DNA of 63,640 nt, filler included, from Pachysolen tannophilus NRRL Y-2460 (Eukaryota): NCBI GenBank assembly GCA_001661245.1. It is 5 parts of 3 records of this genome, joined end to end, with 100 filler letters (N's around TTAATTAATTAA, not from the genome) between each part and the next. Parts side by side here need not be neighbours in the genome. Positions count along the whole stretch, not along the records: positions 35,191 to 63,640 come from KV454020.1; 4 more parts are not named here. One strand, given 5' to 3'. The notes below the pieces were generated by a model, which was not told the origin of the DNA, did no database searches, and saw only the letters and a list, made by a program, of their open reading frames with translations. Position 1 is the first letter of the stretch; each line of letters begins with the position of its first letter. A program made the position numbers and the translations under genes. Below are positions 35,909 to 47,271 of this stretch, one piece after another.

Positions 35909-37048
35909 AAAAAATCATCAAATTATAATACAAATAAAATTGAATATATAAAAAAATTAAGTAAATCATTCAATTATTCAGAAGAAACAATAATAAATTT
36001 AACAAACGCTTTATTACTTTATAATAAGGATTTAGATTATGAAAAAATTAATTATAATAATGATGAATTTAAACAATGATTAGTTGGATTTTTTGATGCA
36101 GAAGGATCATTTAGAATGAATAGAAGAAGTGATACTCGTTATGAATTAAATATAGTATTAAAATTACATAAAGATGATATATTAGTATTAGAAAAAGTTA
36201 AATTATTATTTAATGTCGAAGATTTAAAAATATATCATTCTGCGAGTGAAAATACTGTAAGTCTTTCTATAGGTACTAAAAATGTATTATTAAACAAAGT
36301 AATTCCATTATTTGATAAATATCCTTTATTAACTAAGAAAAATTATGATTATAATTTATGAAAAGAAGCATTATTAATATATAATGATGAAACATTATCT
36401 AGAATAGATGCTGTAAAAAAATTAGATTTAATTAAAGCAAAAATTAATAATTATGACGAAAAAAATTCTGATAAATATCCTACTGCAGAATTTGTTAATA
36501 AATACTTTAATTTATTTTGATTAATTGGTTTTATTGAAGGAGAAGGTTCATTTTCAATTAAATCTACTAAAGATGCATTACATTTTTCTTTAACACAACA
36601 TAAAGCATCTATTATTGTAATGCAAAAAATATTAAATTTCTTGTTAGTATCATCTCCTGATAAAAATTGTCCAATAAAAGATGAAATGAAAAAAATTAGT
36701 AATAAATTATACCCTGATAGAAATAAATTGAGAGTTATAACTACTACTGTTGATTTTCATTATTGAGTATTGATACCATTGTTCTTGAAATATCCTTTCC
36801 AAGCTAGAAAAGGTACTGATTTTTTATTATGATCTATTTTAGTTATTCTTAAAAAACATGGAATATTACCAACAGATCAAGGACAACAATTATTAAATGA
36901 AATTAAAAAAATTCATAATTCTAAACGTTATACTAATAAAAATTTAGTTCCTATATCGGATTTAATTAATACTATTAGTTTAGATCCTGTATTTGATCTA
37001 AATTTATCACATGATACTAATTCAAGAAAAAATAGATATAAAAAATAA
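35891..37048 (+). CDS. Free-standing double-motif LAGLIDADG homing endonuclease (385 aa, code 4)
   Basis: Open with TGA=Trp; motifs WLVGFFDAEGSF (36077) and WLIGFIEGEGSF (36518); no intron core or interrupted host exon seen. Confidence 0.9.
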
Positions 37049-37155
37049 ATATATTATTATATATATATAATGTATTATTTATTATAATAAATTAAAAACT
37101 TAATAATAAAAGAAGTATATATATATATCTAATTAATATATAATTATATATTTAA

Positions 37156-37240
37156 GAGAAGATCTCCAATGTTGGTAGTTGGTATTGAGCTGTAAACTCA
37201 ACGATTTATTTCTTCGTGTGTTCAATTCACACTCTTCTCA
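37156..37240 (+). tRNA. trnY: mt tRNA-Tyr (GTA)
   Basis: TTGAG-CT-GTA-AA-CTCAA; long variable arm. Confidence 0.92.
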
Positions 37241-37250
37241 TAAAACATTG

Positions 37251-37300
37251 ATAATAAATAATAAATAATAAATAATAAATAATAAATAATAAATAATAAA
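37251..37300 (+). repeat. (ATAATAA)n 7-mer tandem repeat
   Basis: ~7 copies between trnY and trnN. Confidence 0.8.
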
Positions 37301-37314
37301 GAATAGATATAATA

Positions 37315-37385
37315 GTTTTAATAGCTTAATGGTAAAGCTATGCACTGTTAATGCATTGATTTGGGTTCAATTCCCAATTAAGACT
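37315..37385 (+). tRNA. trnN: mt tRNA-Asn (GTT)
   Basis: ATGCA-CT-GTT-AA-TGCAT. Confidence 0.92.
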
Positions 37386-37466
37386 TTAAAATATAAAAGG
37401 AAAATAAAAGAATAATAATAATCAATTAATAAATAAAAATTAATTAAAAATAAAAAATGAAAAATA

Positions 37467-37949
37467 ATGACATGAGAAATATTAGATTTATCAGTATTAG
37501 GATTTTATTCATTAATAAGTAGTAATTCATTTGAATCAATAGCGATATTAGTTGCTACAATATTACCAGTAATAACTGAATTATGATTTAATTATTCACA
37601 ATTATTTGCATTATTATATACATTAATATATGTAGGAGCTGTAGTTATATTATTTATATTTATATTATCTGTTATTAATGAGAAAGAAGAATATGAATAT
37701 GAATATAGTGGATTAATTATATTATTATTTATATTATTATTAGATGATATTGATGATAATGATGATAATGATAATGATATTTATAATATTAATATAACAG
37801 ATTGATCAGATTGATTAAGTTATAATAATTTATCTGATTTAAATACATTAGGTAATTTATTATTTACTGAATATGCATTATTATTATTATTTATCTCATT
37901 TATATTATTAATGAGTATAATCGGTTTAATTATAGTAGTTAAAAAATAA
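37467..37949 (+). CDS. nad6: NADH dehydrogenase subunit 6
   Basis: Code 4: ALLYTLIYVGAVVILFIFILS and LGNLLFTEY motifs. Confidence 0.9.
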
Positions 37950-38029
37950 ATTAATTATGAATTATAAAGAAAGAAAAAAAATAGATTAATATATTAAAAT
38001 AAATATATTATAATAATAAAAAATAAATA

Positions 38030-39100
38030 ATGTTAAAAAATATAACAAATTATATAATAGATATAATAGATGGATTACAATATTGAATATTTTTATTAGT
38101 ATTTGTAGTAGCTATATTATTATCAGTAGCTTATTTAACAGTAGCAGAACGTAAAACTATGGGATATATGCAACGTAGAGTAGGGCCAAATGCAGTAGGA
38201 TATTATGGTATATTAATGGCATTTGCTGATGCATTAAAATTATTAGTTAAAGAAATAGTATTAGTACATAATAGTGATATTATGTATGTAATAAGTGGAC
38301 CATTAATTACATTATTTTCAGTATTATTAAGTTTAGCTATAATACCATTTGGACCAGGAATATCAATATTAGATAGTGAATATTCAATAATATATATATT
38401 AGCAACTGGTTCTATAGGTATATTTGGTACTATAATAGTAGGATGAATGTCTAATTCTAAATATACTGTATTAGCTACAATTAGAACTACAGCACAATTA
38501 ATAAGTTATGAATTAGTTTTAACAACTATTATATTTATAATAGTTTTATTAGTAAGTTCATTAAATATAAATACAATAATTGAATCACAATTAAATTGTT
38601 TTTATTTTATTCCTTTATTCCCCTTATTTATTCTATTTTTTATTAGTATTTTAGCTGAAACTGGACGTCCTCCTTTTGATAATATCGAAGCTGAATCTGA
38701 ATTAGTTTCTGGTCATATGACTGAATTATCTGCATCTCCTTTTGTTATCTTTTTTTTAAGTGAATATTGTTCTGTTCTTTTTATGAGTGCTTTAACTGCT
38801 ATATTCTTTTATGGTGGTTATTTACCTTTTATTAATTCTTTACATTTATTTATTCTTAATTTATTTGATCAACATAATATCTTTTTCTTTATTATTGAAG
38901 GATTCTTATTTGGTTCTTATTTAATTATTAAAACTAATTTCTTTATGTTCTCTTTTATTTGAATTAGAGCATCTTTCCCTAGATTAAGATATGATTTACT
39001 TATTAATTTCTGTTGATATGTTTTATTACCTATCGTTTTTGCTATAGTTATACTTATCCCCACTATTTTATATAGTTTTGATGCTATTCCTACTATATAA
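38030..39100 (+). CDS. nad1: NADH dehydrogenase subunit 1
   Basis: [34 protein letters not shown]. Confidence 0.97.
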
Positions 39101-39225
39101 TTTATTATTTCTTCTCTCTCATATTTAATTATATTTAATTTAAATATATATATTTAATATATAAAACTGGTTAATAAAGATTATATTAATATAATATAAT
39201 AAAAATAAAAATATTAGAAAAAATA

Positions 39226-40677
39226 ATGGCAATACAATTATTAATAAATGTTAATATAATAGGAGTTATATTAATAATAATATATAATAGATATAAAATT
39301 TATTGAAAAGATAGTGTTATAGGAATGAAACAAATAGGATTAATAATAAGTATATTAAATATATGAATAATAATTAAATTATTAATAGATTATAATAATA
39401 ATTATTATGGATTTCAAAATATAGTTAATTATTTAAATATTAATTGAGGTATAGATGGTATATCATTAATATTAATTATATTAACAAGTATATTAGGACC
39501 AATAGCATTATTATCAAATTGAAAAAATATACGGAAATATAATAAATCATATATAATAACAATATTATTATTAGTAATATTAATGATATTAAATTTTATA
39601 TGTTTAGATTTAATAAGTTTTTATATATTATTTGAATCAACATTAGCACCATTATTTATATTAATAGGAATATATGGAGCTAATAATAAAGATAAAGCAG
39701 CATATTATGTATTAATATATACATTAGCTAGTTCATTATTTATGTTATTATCAATAGTATTATATAATATAATATTAAATACAACTGATTATACATATAT
39801 AAATAGTATAGTGATATCAACGGAATTACAAAGTATATTATGAATTGGTATATTTATAGGTTTAATGGTTAAAACACCATTAATACCAGTACATACATGA
39901 TTACCAATAGTACATTCAGAATCACCATTAGGTGGTTCTATATTATTAGCAGGTGTAATATTAAAATTAGCTATATATGGAATAATAAGATTATTATTAT
40001 CTAATTTATCAGAAATAACTATATCATATACACCTATAGTTTATATTATAGCTATAATAACATTAATTTATAGTAGTTTAATAACATTAAAACAAACTGA
40101 TTTAAAAGTAATTATAGCATATAGTTCAATAAGTCATTTAGCAATATGTATATTAGGTATATTTGCTAATAATTTAATTGGAATTAATGGTTCTTTAATA
40201 TTATGTATAGCTCATGGTTTTGTATCACCAGCTTTATTTATATTAGTAGGTGGAATATTATATGATAGATTTCATAATAGATTAATTAATTATTATCAAG
40301 GTTTATCTAGTTATATGCCAATATTTAGTATTTATTTAGTTATATTTAGTTTCTGTAATACTGGTACTCCTTTAAGTGGTAATTTTGTAGGTGAATTTTT
40401 ATCAATAACTGGTGCAGTTATAAGACATCCATTAATAGGATCATTTGGTATTGCATCAGTATTATTATCCGCATGTTATCAAATGAAATTAACTAATAAA
40501 TTAACTGGAGGTGTATATTCAACATATTTAAATATAACAAATGATATGACAAATAGAGAATTATTTTTATTAAATTGATTATTATTACCTACTATTTTAA
40601 TAGGTATTTACCCTTCATGTATTATTAATTTATTAAATTGTTCTACATCTTGTTTAATTTACACTCTTTATTATTAA
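39226..40677 (+). CDS. nad4: NADH dehydrogenase subunit 4
   Basis: FESTLAPL, HTWLPIVHSESP, IAYSSISH, AHGFVS. Confidence 0.97.
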
Positions 40678-40729
40678 TTTTATTCTTTTCTCATTTTATT
40701 TGAATTTATAAGCAATATATTTATTTTAT

Positions 40730-40800
40730 GGATTAGTGTTGATGGTTCAACATATTAATTGCAAATTAATTATCTTTGAGTTCAATTCTCATCTAATCTT
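40730..40800 (+). tRNA. trnC: mt tRNA-Cys (GCA)
   Basis: ATTAA-TT-GCA-AA-TTAAT. Confidence 0.88.
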
Positions 40801-40842
40801 ATTAATAAATTAATTCTTTTATTTTTCATTTATTCTTATAAA

Positions 40843-40926
40843 GTCATTATGGTGGAATTGGTAGTCACAATACACTTAAAATGTATTGCTTTAATTAGCG
40901 TATAAGTTCGAATCTTATTAATGACA
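40843..40926 (+). tRNA. trnL: mt tRNA-Leu (TAA)
   Basis: ATACA-CT-TAA-AA-TGTAT; long variable arm. Confidence 0.92.
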
Positions 40927-41007
40927 TTAATATTTAATTATCTTATTTAGAGTTTAATTATCACTTTTTTATTAATTAATTAACATATTAATTATTATTC
41001 TTTTTAT

Positions 41008-41079
41008 GGGAGAATAGTTTAATGGTAAAACGTTTGACTTTTAATCAAATTATGTTTGGTTCAAATCCAACTTTTCCTA
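41008..41079 (+). tRNA. trnK: mt tRNA-Lys (TTT)
   Basis: TTTGA-CT-TTT-AA-TCAAA. Confidence 0.92.
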
Positions 41080-41105
41080 TATATATTATTTATATATTAT
41101 ATAAA

Positions 41106-41180
41106 GGTAAATATAATTTAATCGGTTAAAATCGATGCTTGTGGTGCATTTTATCTGAGTTCAATTCTCAGTATTTACCC
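41106..41180 (+). tRNA. trnH: mt tRNA-His (GTG)
   Basis: GATGC-TT-GTG-GT-GCATT. Confidence 0.9.
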
Positions 41181-41231
41181 AAATTAATATCTATTAATAT
41201 ATATTTAATATATATATATCTATTTTTATAT

Positions 41232-41303
41232 GTTAATATAGTTTAATCGGTAAAACAATTGCCTCATATGCAATATATATAAGTTCAAATCTTGTTATTG
41301 ACA
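41232..41303 (+). tRNA. trnM: mt tRNA with CAT anticodon (Met, or Ile if C34 is modified)
   Basis: ATTGC-CT-CAT-AT-GCAAT. Confidence 0.85.
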
Positions 41304-41410
41304 ATAATAAATAAATAAATAATAATAAATAAAAATAAATAGGAAACTATTTGAAAATATATAAAATTAATAATAATGATTAATTATTAAAGAAATAAAA
41401 ATAAAAAAAA

Positions 41411-42517
41411 ATGAGAGAATTAATTAATATATTAGTAATTAATATGGAAAATAAATGGATATTCAAAGATATGATAAAAGAATATATAAAAAATATATTA
41501 AAAAGAATAATATCAATAAAAAAAATAAAAATGATATCTGATTCTAATATTATGATAGATATAAGAAATAATAGAAAATGAAATATTCAGAAATGAAATC
41601 AAATGAATGATTGACAAAGTGTAATATATAAATTTAATAAAACGGAATTAATTAATACAATTATAATGGATAAATTAATTAAAGAATTAATTGAAATTCA
41701 ATTAAATATGGAATTTAATAGAAATAAAAATAGATCGATAATTATAGGAGATATAAGAATAAATCATAGTTTAAATAAAGTAGTAATAGAATTTTATTAT
41801 AATTTAGGATTAAAAAATTTAAGAAGTAATGGTAAATATTATATATCAAGTGTTAATAAAGTATTAAATAATTTAAGTAATAATAATATTATATATAACA
41901 TACCTGATATATTAAGTAAATATTATAATAAAGAAGTGATAATTAAACCTAAATATATAAAATATAGTTATTTAAATAGTGATATATTAGGTAAAACAAT
42001 AATAAATAACATAAATATTAAAAGAACAACATTAAAAGGTAAATATGCTAATTTATTATATAATGTATTACCATCATTAAATAGTAATATAATATCTAAT
42101 AATTATGAAAATAATTATAAAAAATATTTAAATATATTAAATGATAATAGTTTAAATATATTAAATAATGATATATCTTTAAATAATAATAATTCAATTA
42201 TAAATATTAAATCAATATATAAAGATATGATATTAAATAATAATTTAAATGATTATTTACGTTCATTATTATTATATAAATATCTTACTGGTTGATCTAT
42301 ATCTTTAAAAGGTAGATTAAGTAAATCAGGTGTTGATAGAACTAAAACACAAATATTAACTAAAGGAACATTTAATAATAATATTATTAAAAATAATAAT
42401 GTTTTAGTTAACAATTATAAATTAAATTATATTAATAATAGCATTAATAAATCTAAATTTAATTATAACTCAAGATATGGTACTTTAGGTATTAAAATTA
42501 AATTAAATAATATTTAA
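41411..42517 (+). CDS. rps3: Mitoribosomal protein S3 (Var1)
   Basis: N-rich; QMNDWQSVIYKFNK, YLNSDI, LYKYLTGWSISLKGRL, GTLGIKIKLNNI*. Confidence 0.9.
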
Positions 42518-42629
42518 TTATTTATCTTATTTATTTCATTTATATATTAATATATATTATATTTCATTATTAATAATTAATATATGAGAATATATATATA
42601 AAAAAATATAGTAATAATAAAAATAATAA

Positions 42630-42638
42630 ATATAAGTA
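42630..42638 (+). promoter_or_regulatory. Yeast mitochondrial nonanucleotide promoter ATATAAGTA
   Basis: Exact match directly before the candidate RNase P RNA. Confidence 0.55.
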
Positions 42639-42766
42639 ATATAATATTAATAGGAAAGTGGTAAATAATATAATTAAATAAGAAGAGATAATTAATGAGA
42701 AAAAAAATAAATTATATTATAATAGTAAAATAAAGAATAACTAAAACTATCATAATAATATTATAT
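42639..42766 (+). ncRNA. rnpB: Candidate mitochondrial RNase P RNA (~128 nt)
   Basis: AGGAAAGT CR-I-like motif, P4-like GTGGTA/TATCAT, 11-bp terminal stem ATATAATATTA/TAATATTATAT, directly upstream of trnP. Confidence 0.6.
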
Positions 42767-42780
42767 AATAATATATAATA

Positions 42781-42852
42781 CAGATAGATACCGAATGGTT
42801 AGGTACCTTTTTTGGGTAAAGGATCAAGTTAGTTCGATTCTAGCCTATCTGA
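42781..42852 (+). tRNA. trnP: mt tRNA-Pro (TGG)
   Basis: CCTTT-TT-TGG-GT-AAAGG. Confidence 0.92.
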
Positions 42853-42867
42853 TATAAAAAATAAATA

Positions 42868-42940
42868 ACTCTTTTAGTTTAATAGGTTAAAACATATTAT
42901 TTCTAATTATATAATCTACGTTCGAATCGTGGAAAGAGTG
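42868..42940 (+). tRNA. trnR: mt tRNA-Arg (TCT)
   Basis: ACTCTTT/AAAGAGT acceptor; loop TT-TCT-AA. Confidence 0.88.
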
Positions 42941-42944
42941 TAAT

Positions 42945-43017
42945 GAGAATTTAGTTAAATTGGTATAACATTTGTTTTACACACAAAAGTGTAAAGGTTC
43001 AAATCCTTTAATTCTCA
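42945..43017 (+). tRNA. trnV: mt tRNA-Val (TAC)
   Basis: TTTGT-TT-TAC-AC-ACAAA. Confidence 0.92.
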
Positions 43018-43138
43018 ATAAAAATAAAAAATTTGATAAGGAAAATAAAATATATAAATATATAAATAAATAAATATGAATTTATTAGACATTAAATTTA
43101 ATAAAGGAGATTAAAGAGAATGTAAAGAAAACAAAACA

Positions 43139-43948
43139 ATGAGATTAGAGAATAGACAAAATTTACAATTATTTCCGTTCCATTTAGTGACAAGTTCACC
43201 TTGACCATTATCAATATCAATATCATTAATGTCATTAGCCTTAACATTTGCATTAACAATGCATGATTATATAGGAAATAGTTATTGATTAATATTAAAC
43301 TTTATAGTAGTAATATCAAGTATAGGATTATGATTAAGAGATATAATAACAGAAGCAACATTTTTAGGAGATCATACAATAGCAGTAAGAAAAGGAATAA
43401 ATATAGGATTCTTATTATTTGTATTATCAGAAATATTAATATTTACAAGTATATTCTGAGCATATTTTCATTCAGCAATGAGTCCAGCAATAGAATTAGG
43501 AAATAGTTGACCACCAGTAGGAATAAATTCAATAAAACCAACAGAATTACCATTATTAAATACAATAATATTATTAGCAAGTGGTGCAACAGTAACATGA
43601 GCTCATCATAGTATTTTAAATAATAATAGAAAAGGTACATTAGTATCCTTATTTATTACTACTATTTTAATTGTAGTTTTCGTATTATGTCAAGTAGCTG
43701 AATATACTTTCGCTGAATTTACTATCGCTGATAGTGTTTTCGGATCTGTATTCTACTCAGCAACTGGTTTACATTTCATTCATATGGTTATGTTATCAAT
43801 TATGCTTGCAATCTGTTATATAAGAATGTATTTCTATCAATTTACTAGTGGTCACCACGTTGGTTTAGAAGTAACTATCTTATATTTACATGTTTTAGAT
43901 ATTATTTGATTATTCATTTATATCGTTATGTATTGATGAGGTTGTTAA
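43139..43948 (+). CDS. cox3: Cytochrome c oxidase subunit 3
   Basis: [30 protein letters not shown]. Confidence 0.98.
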
Positions 43949-44042
43949 TTAAATTAATTTTTTTAATTAATATTTTCATATTTAATATTATATTATTATA
44001 AGTAATATATTAATATATATATATATATTATATAATATATTA

Positions 44043-44114
44043 GCGGATTTAAGTTAATTGGTAGACAATTTCTTTTCCACAGAAAAAGTGTTTGTTCAAG
44101 TCAAACAATCCGTA
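44043..44114 (+). tRNA. trnG: mt tRNA-Gly (TCC)
   Basis: TTTCT-TT-TCC-AC-AGAAA. Confidence 0.9.
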
Positions 44115-44116
44115 TA

Positions 44117-44187
44117 AGTATAATAGTGTAATGGTAACACATTAGACTCATAATCTAAAGATTCATGTTCAAATCATGATTATGCAA
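44117..44187 (+). tRNA. trnM: mt tRNA-Met (CAT), probable initiator
   Basis: TTAGA-CT-CAT-AA-TCTAA; unpaired 1:72 position. Confidence 0.88.
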
Positions 44188-44263
44188 ATAATAATAGTGT
44201 AAAGGTAACATATTAAATCAATTAAAAGATTTAAAGATTCATGTTCGAATCATGATTATAAGA
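44188..44263 (+). pseudogene. Degenerate tandem copy of tRNA-Met (pseudo-tRNA)
   Basis: Shares ATAATAGTGTAA.GGTAACA and AAAGATTCATGTTC.AATCATGATTAT with 44117-44187; anticodon arm replaced by TTAAATC-AATTAAAA-GATTTAA. Confidence 0.8.
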
Positions 44264-44335
44264 TATAGAAATGAAGATTAAAAAGTAATAAAAAAAATTA
44301 TAAAAAAGAAAAGATCTAAAAAGAGAGATAAAAAA

Positions 44336-45083
44336 ATGAGAGATATAATAATATCAACAAACATTAGAAATGATGTGCCAACACCATGAGGTGTATATTT
44401 TCAAGATTCAGCAACACCAAATATGGAGGGTATAATAGAATTACATAATAATGTAATGTTTTACTTAATATTAATATTAATATTTGTATCATATGTATTA
44501 TATTCAATAATAAAAAATGATTCAAATAGTCCAATAACATTAAAATATTTAAATCATGGACAATTAATAGAAATAATATGAACAACATTACCAGCAGTAA
44601 TATTATTAACAGTAGCATTTCCTAGTTTTATTTTATTATATTTATGTGATGAAGTTATTTCACCAGCAATGACAATAAAAAGCAATAGGATTACAATGAT
44701 ATTGAAAATATGAATACTCTGATTTCATTAATGATGATGGAGAAATTATTGAATTTGAATCATATATTATACCAGAAGATTTATTAGAAGATGGTCAATT
44801 ACGTATGTTAGATGTTGATGCTTCAATAGTAGTACCAGTAGATACTCATATTAGATTTATTGTTTCATCAGCTGATGTATTACATGATTTCTGTGTTCCT
44901 TCTTTAGGTATTAAAATTGATGCTGCTCCTGGTAGATTAAATCAAACATCAGCATTAATTCAAAGAGAAGGTGTTTATTATGGTCAATGTAGTGAACTTT
45001 GTGGAGTTTTCCATTCAGCTATGCCTATTAAAGTAGAAGCTGTATCATTATATGAATTTATTAACTGATTAAATGAACAATAA
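44336..45083 (+). CDS. cox2: Cytochrome c oxidase subunit 2 (one extra A in run 44677-44681 shifts frame)
   Basis: [17 protein letters not shown]; removing one A gives TIKAIGLQWYWKYEY; CuA motif [14 protein letters not shown]. Confidence 0.95.
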
Positions 45084-45214
45084 TATATTAAATATCATTT
45101 ATATTTTTTATAAGTAATATTTAAATTATTAAAATTTAAACAAAATATTTTCTATTTAACTAATATTATCTATTTTATAGATATTTAATATAATATATAT
45201 AATATATATATAAT

Positions 45215-45301
45215 GGATTGATGACCGAGTGGTTGAAGGTGTAATATTTGAGCTATTAAGTACTTGAATAAGTACCGTAGGTTCGAATCCTACTCAATCC
45301 G
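45215..45301 (+). tRNA. trnS: mt tRNA-Ser (TGA)
   Basis: TAATA-TT-TGA-GC-TATTA; long variable arm. Confidence 0.92.
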
Positions 45302-45336
45302 AATAAGATAATAAATATAAATTATAATAAAAATAA

Positions 45337-45407
45337 GGGATTATAGTTTAATGGTAAAACAACTACTTTGCAAGTAGTGAATATTGGTTCAATTCCGATT
45401 AATTCCA
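45337..45407 (+). tRNA. trnA: mt tRNA-Ala (TGC)
   Basis: ACTAC-TT-TGC-AA-GTAGT. Confidence 0.92.
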
Positions 45408-45444
45408 GAATAAGAGAGAAAATAAAAGAAATAAAGAAAGAGTA

Positions 45445-46945
45445 ATAAAAAAAATAAAGAGCATGATGTTGGCTCCGATTAAACGTTATCTAAGAACATA
45501 ATACATGCGAATTAAACTGAGAACAATACGAAAGTAAAAATTGTTTAAAGTGGTGTAAACGTGAGTATATATTGGTATATGAACTATAAATAAAGTTAAA
45601 TACTTAGAGGATAAAATTTAATTTATCTGTTTATAGTCAAGCCAATATTTGATTAGGTAGTAGTTTGAGTAAAAACCAACCTAGCCGAAGATCTAAAACC
45701 AATAATGAAAGTTATAATGGTCACGTTGATTCTGAGATGGATCAATTTCATATAGAAACAGCAGTAAGGAATATTAGACAATGATCTAACGATTGATCTA
45801 GTTACTTAGAAAGATGAATTCTTCACATAAAATTTGTTTTAATAAAATAAAAGAAAAATAAAAGGAGAATATTGATAAAAAATAAAATCTAAATTATAAA
45901 GAAAATAATGATATTATTTATAATGATATGTCTTAACAAAAATTAGTGCCAGCAGTTGCGGTTATACTATGAAGGCAAACGTTAATCATTAAGGCTTAAA
46001 GGATCCGTAGAATAATAATTAATAATTATTAGAGTTCAAAGTGAGATTAAAGAATAATTATAGTAAGGATGAAATAATATTGATCATAATTAGACTGCTA
46101 ATAGTGAAGACATTAATCTAAAAATGAACTGACATTGAGGGATGAAGGCATAAGTATCAAAACGGATTAGATACCCGATTAGTTTATGCAGTAAACGATG
46201 AATACTAATATTATAAAAAAAATTTATAATAATAAGTGAAAACGTAAGTATTCCGCCCGGTGAGTACGTTCGCAAGAATGAAATCCAAGACAATAGACGG
46301 TTACAGATAAAAGCAGTGGATTGTGTTTTTTAATTCGATAATCCCCGATAAATCTTACCATTATTTGAATAGATATAATCTTTTTGATTATATTTACAAA
46401 TGTTACATCGTTGCTTTTAGTTCGTACTTCATGGTGTTAGATTAAGTTCTATAACGAACAGAACTCTATATATATTAAACAATAAAATATATATGTTATT
46501 AATAATATTAATAACTAATGGAATTAAAGCAAATCCTGATGACTTTAATATAATGGGCTAAAGACGCAATACAAAATCTTATACAAAATTATATAATATC
46601 ATTTTTAATGATTTAATTATTAATTAAAATAAGATATCTATTTAATTATTTTTAATTAATATCTAATTTGAATTAATATCTGAAATTCGATATTATGAAA
46701 AAGGAATTGCTAGTAATCAGTTTATCATTATTAAACGGTGAAATTTACCTCTGTTTCGTACTAATTACTCATCATTCGCTTAAATTATTATTTAAACCCA
46801 AAATATATTTACTCTCTATTTATCTATTATTCTCATTTTAGATTAATTTTCTGTTTAATATATAGAAGTTTAATATGAGATAAGTGAGAAGTTGAAATAC
46901 AGTTATCGTTGAGGAATCAGCGGTGGTTTGTTAATTATCTTTTAT
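45445..46945 (+). rRNA. rns: Mitochondrial SSU rRNA (ends approximate)
   Basis: GTGCCAGCAGTTGCGGTTATAC, GGATTAGATACCC, GGAATTGCTAGTAATC, GAAGTTGAAATACAG. Confidence 0.93.
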
Positions 46946-47005
46946 ATTCCCCTATATTTATTAAAAATTTTAATTAATTTTTTATTACTAATTTAATTCT
47001 TTTTT

Positions 47006-47076
47006 AGGTATTTAGTTTAATGGTAAAACAATAACCTTCAAAGTTATATTTGAGAGTTCAACTCTTTCAATACCTG
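47006..47076 (+). tRNA. trnW: mt tRNA-Trp (TCA)
   Basis: ATAAC-CT-TCA-AA-GTTAT; supports TGA=Trp. Confidence 0.92.
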
Positions 47077-47271
47077 TTTATTTTATTGTAACCTATAATT
47101 TACATTAATTATAAATATATTGCAAAATATATTAATAATAATTCTATGTTAAATAAATTATATATATTTAATATATTTAATTTAATAAATAATTATACTA
47201 ATTTAATAATTTATAATATATATATATTTAATCATATATATATAATAGTATAAATTAAAGAAAATCAAAAT

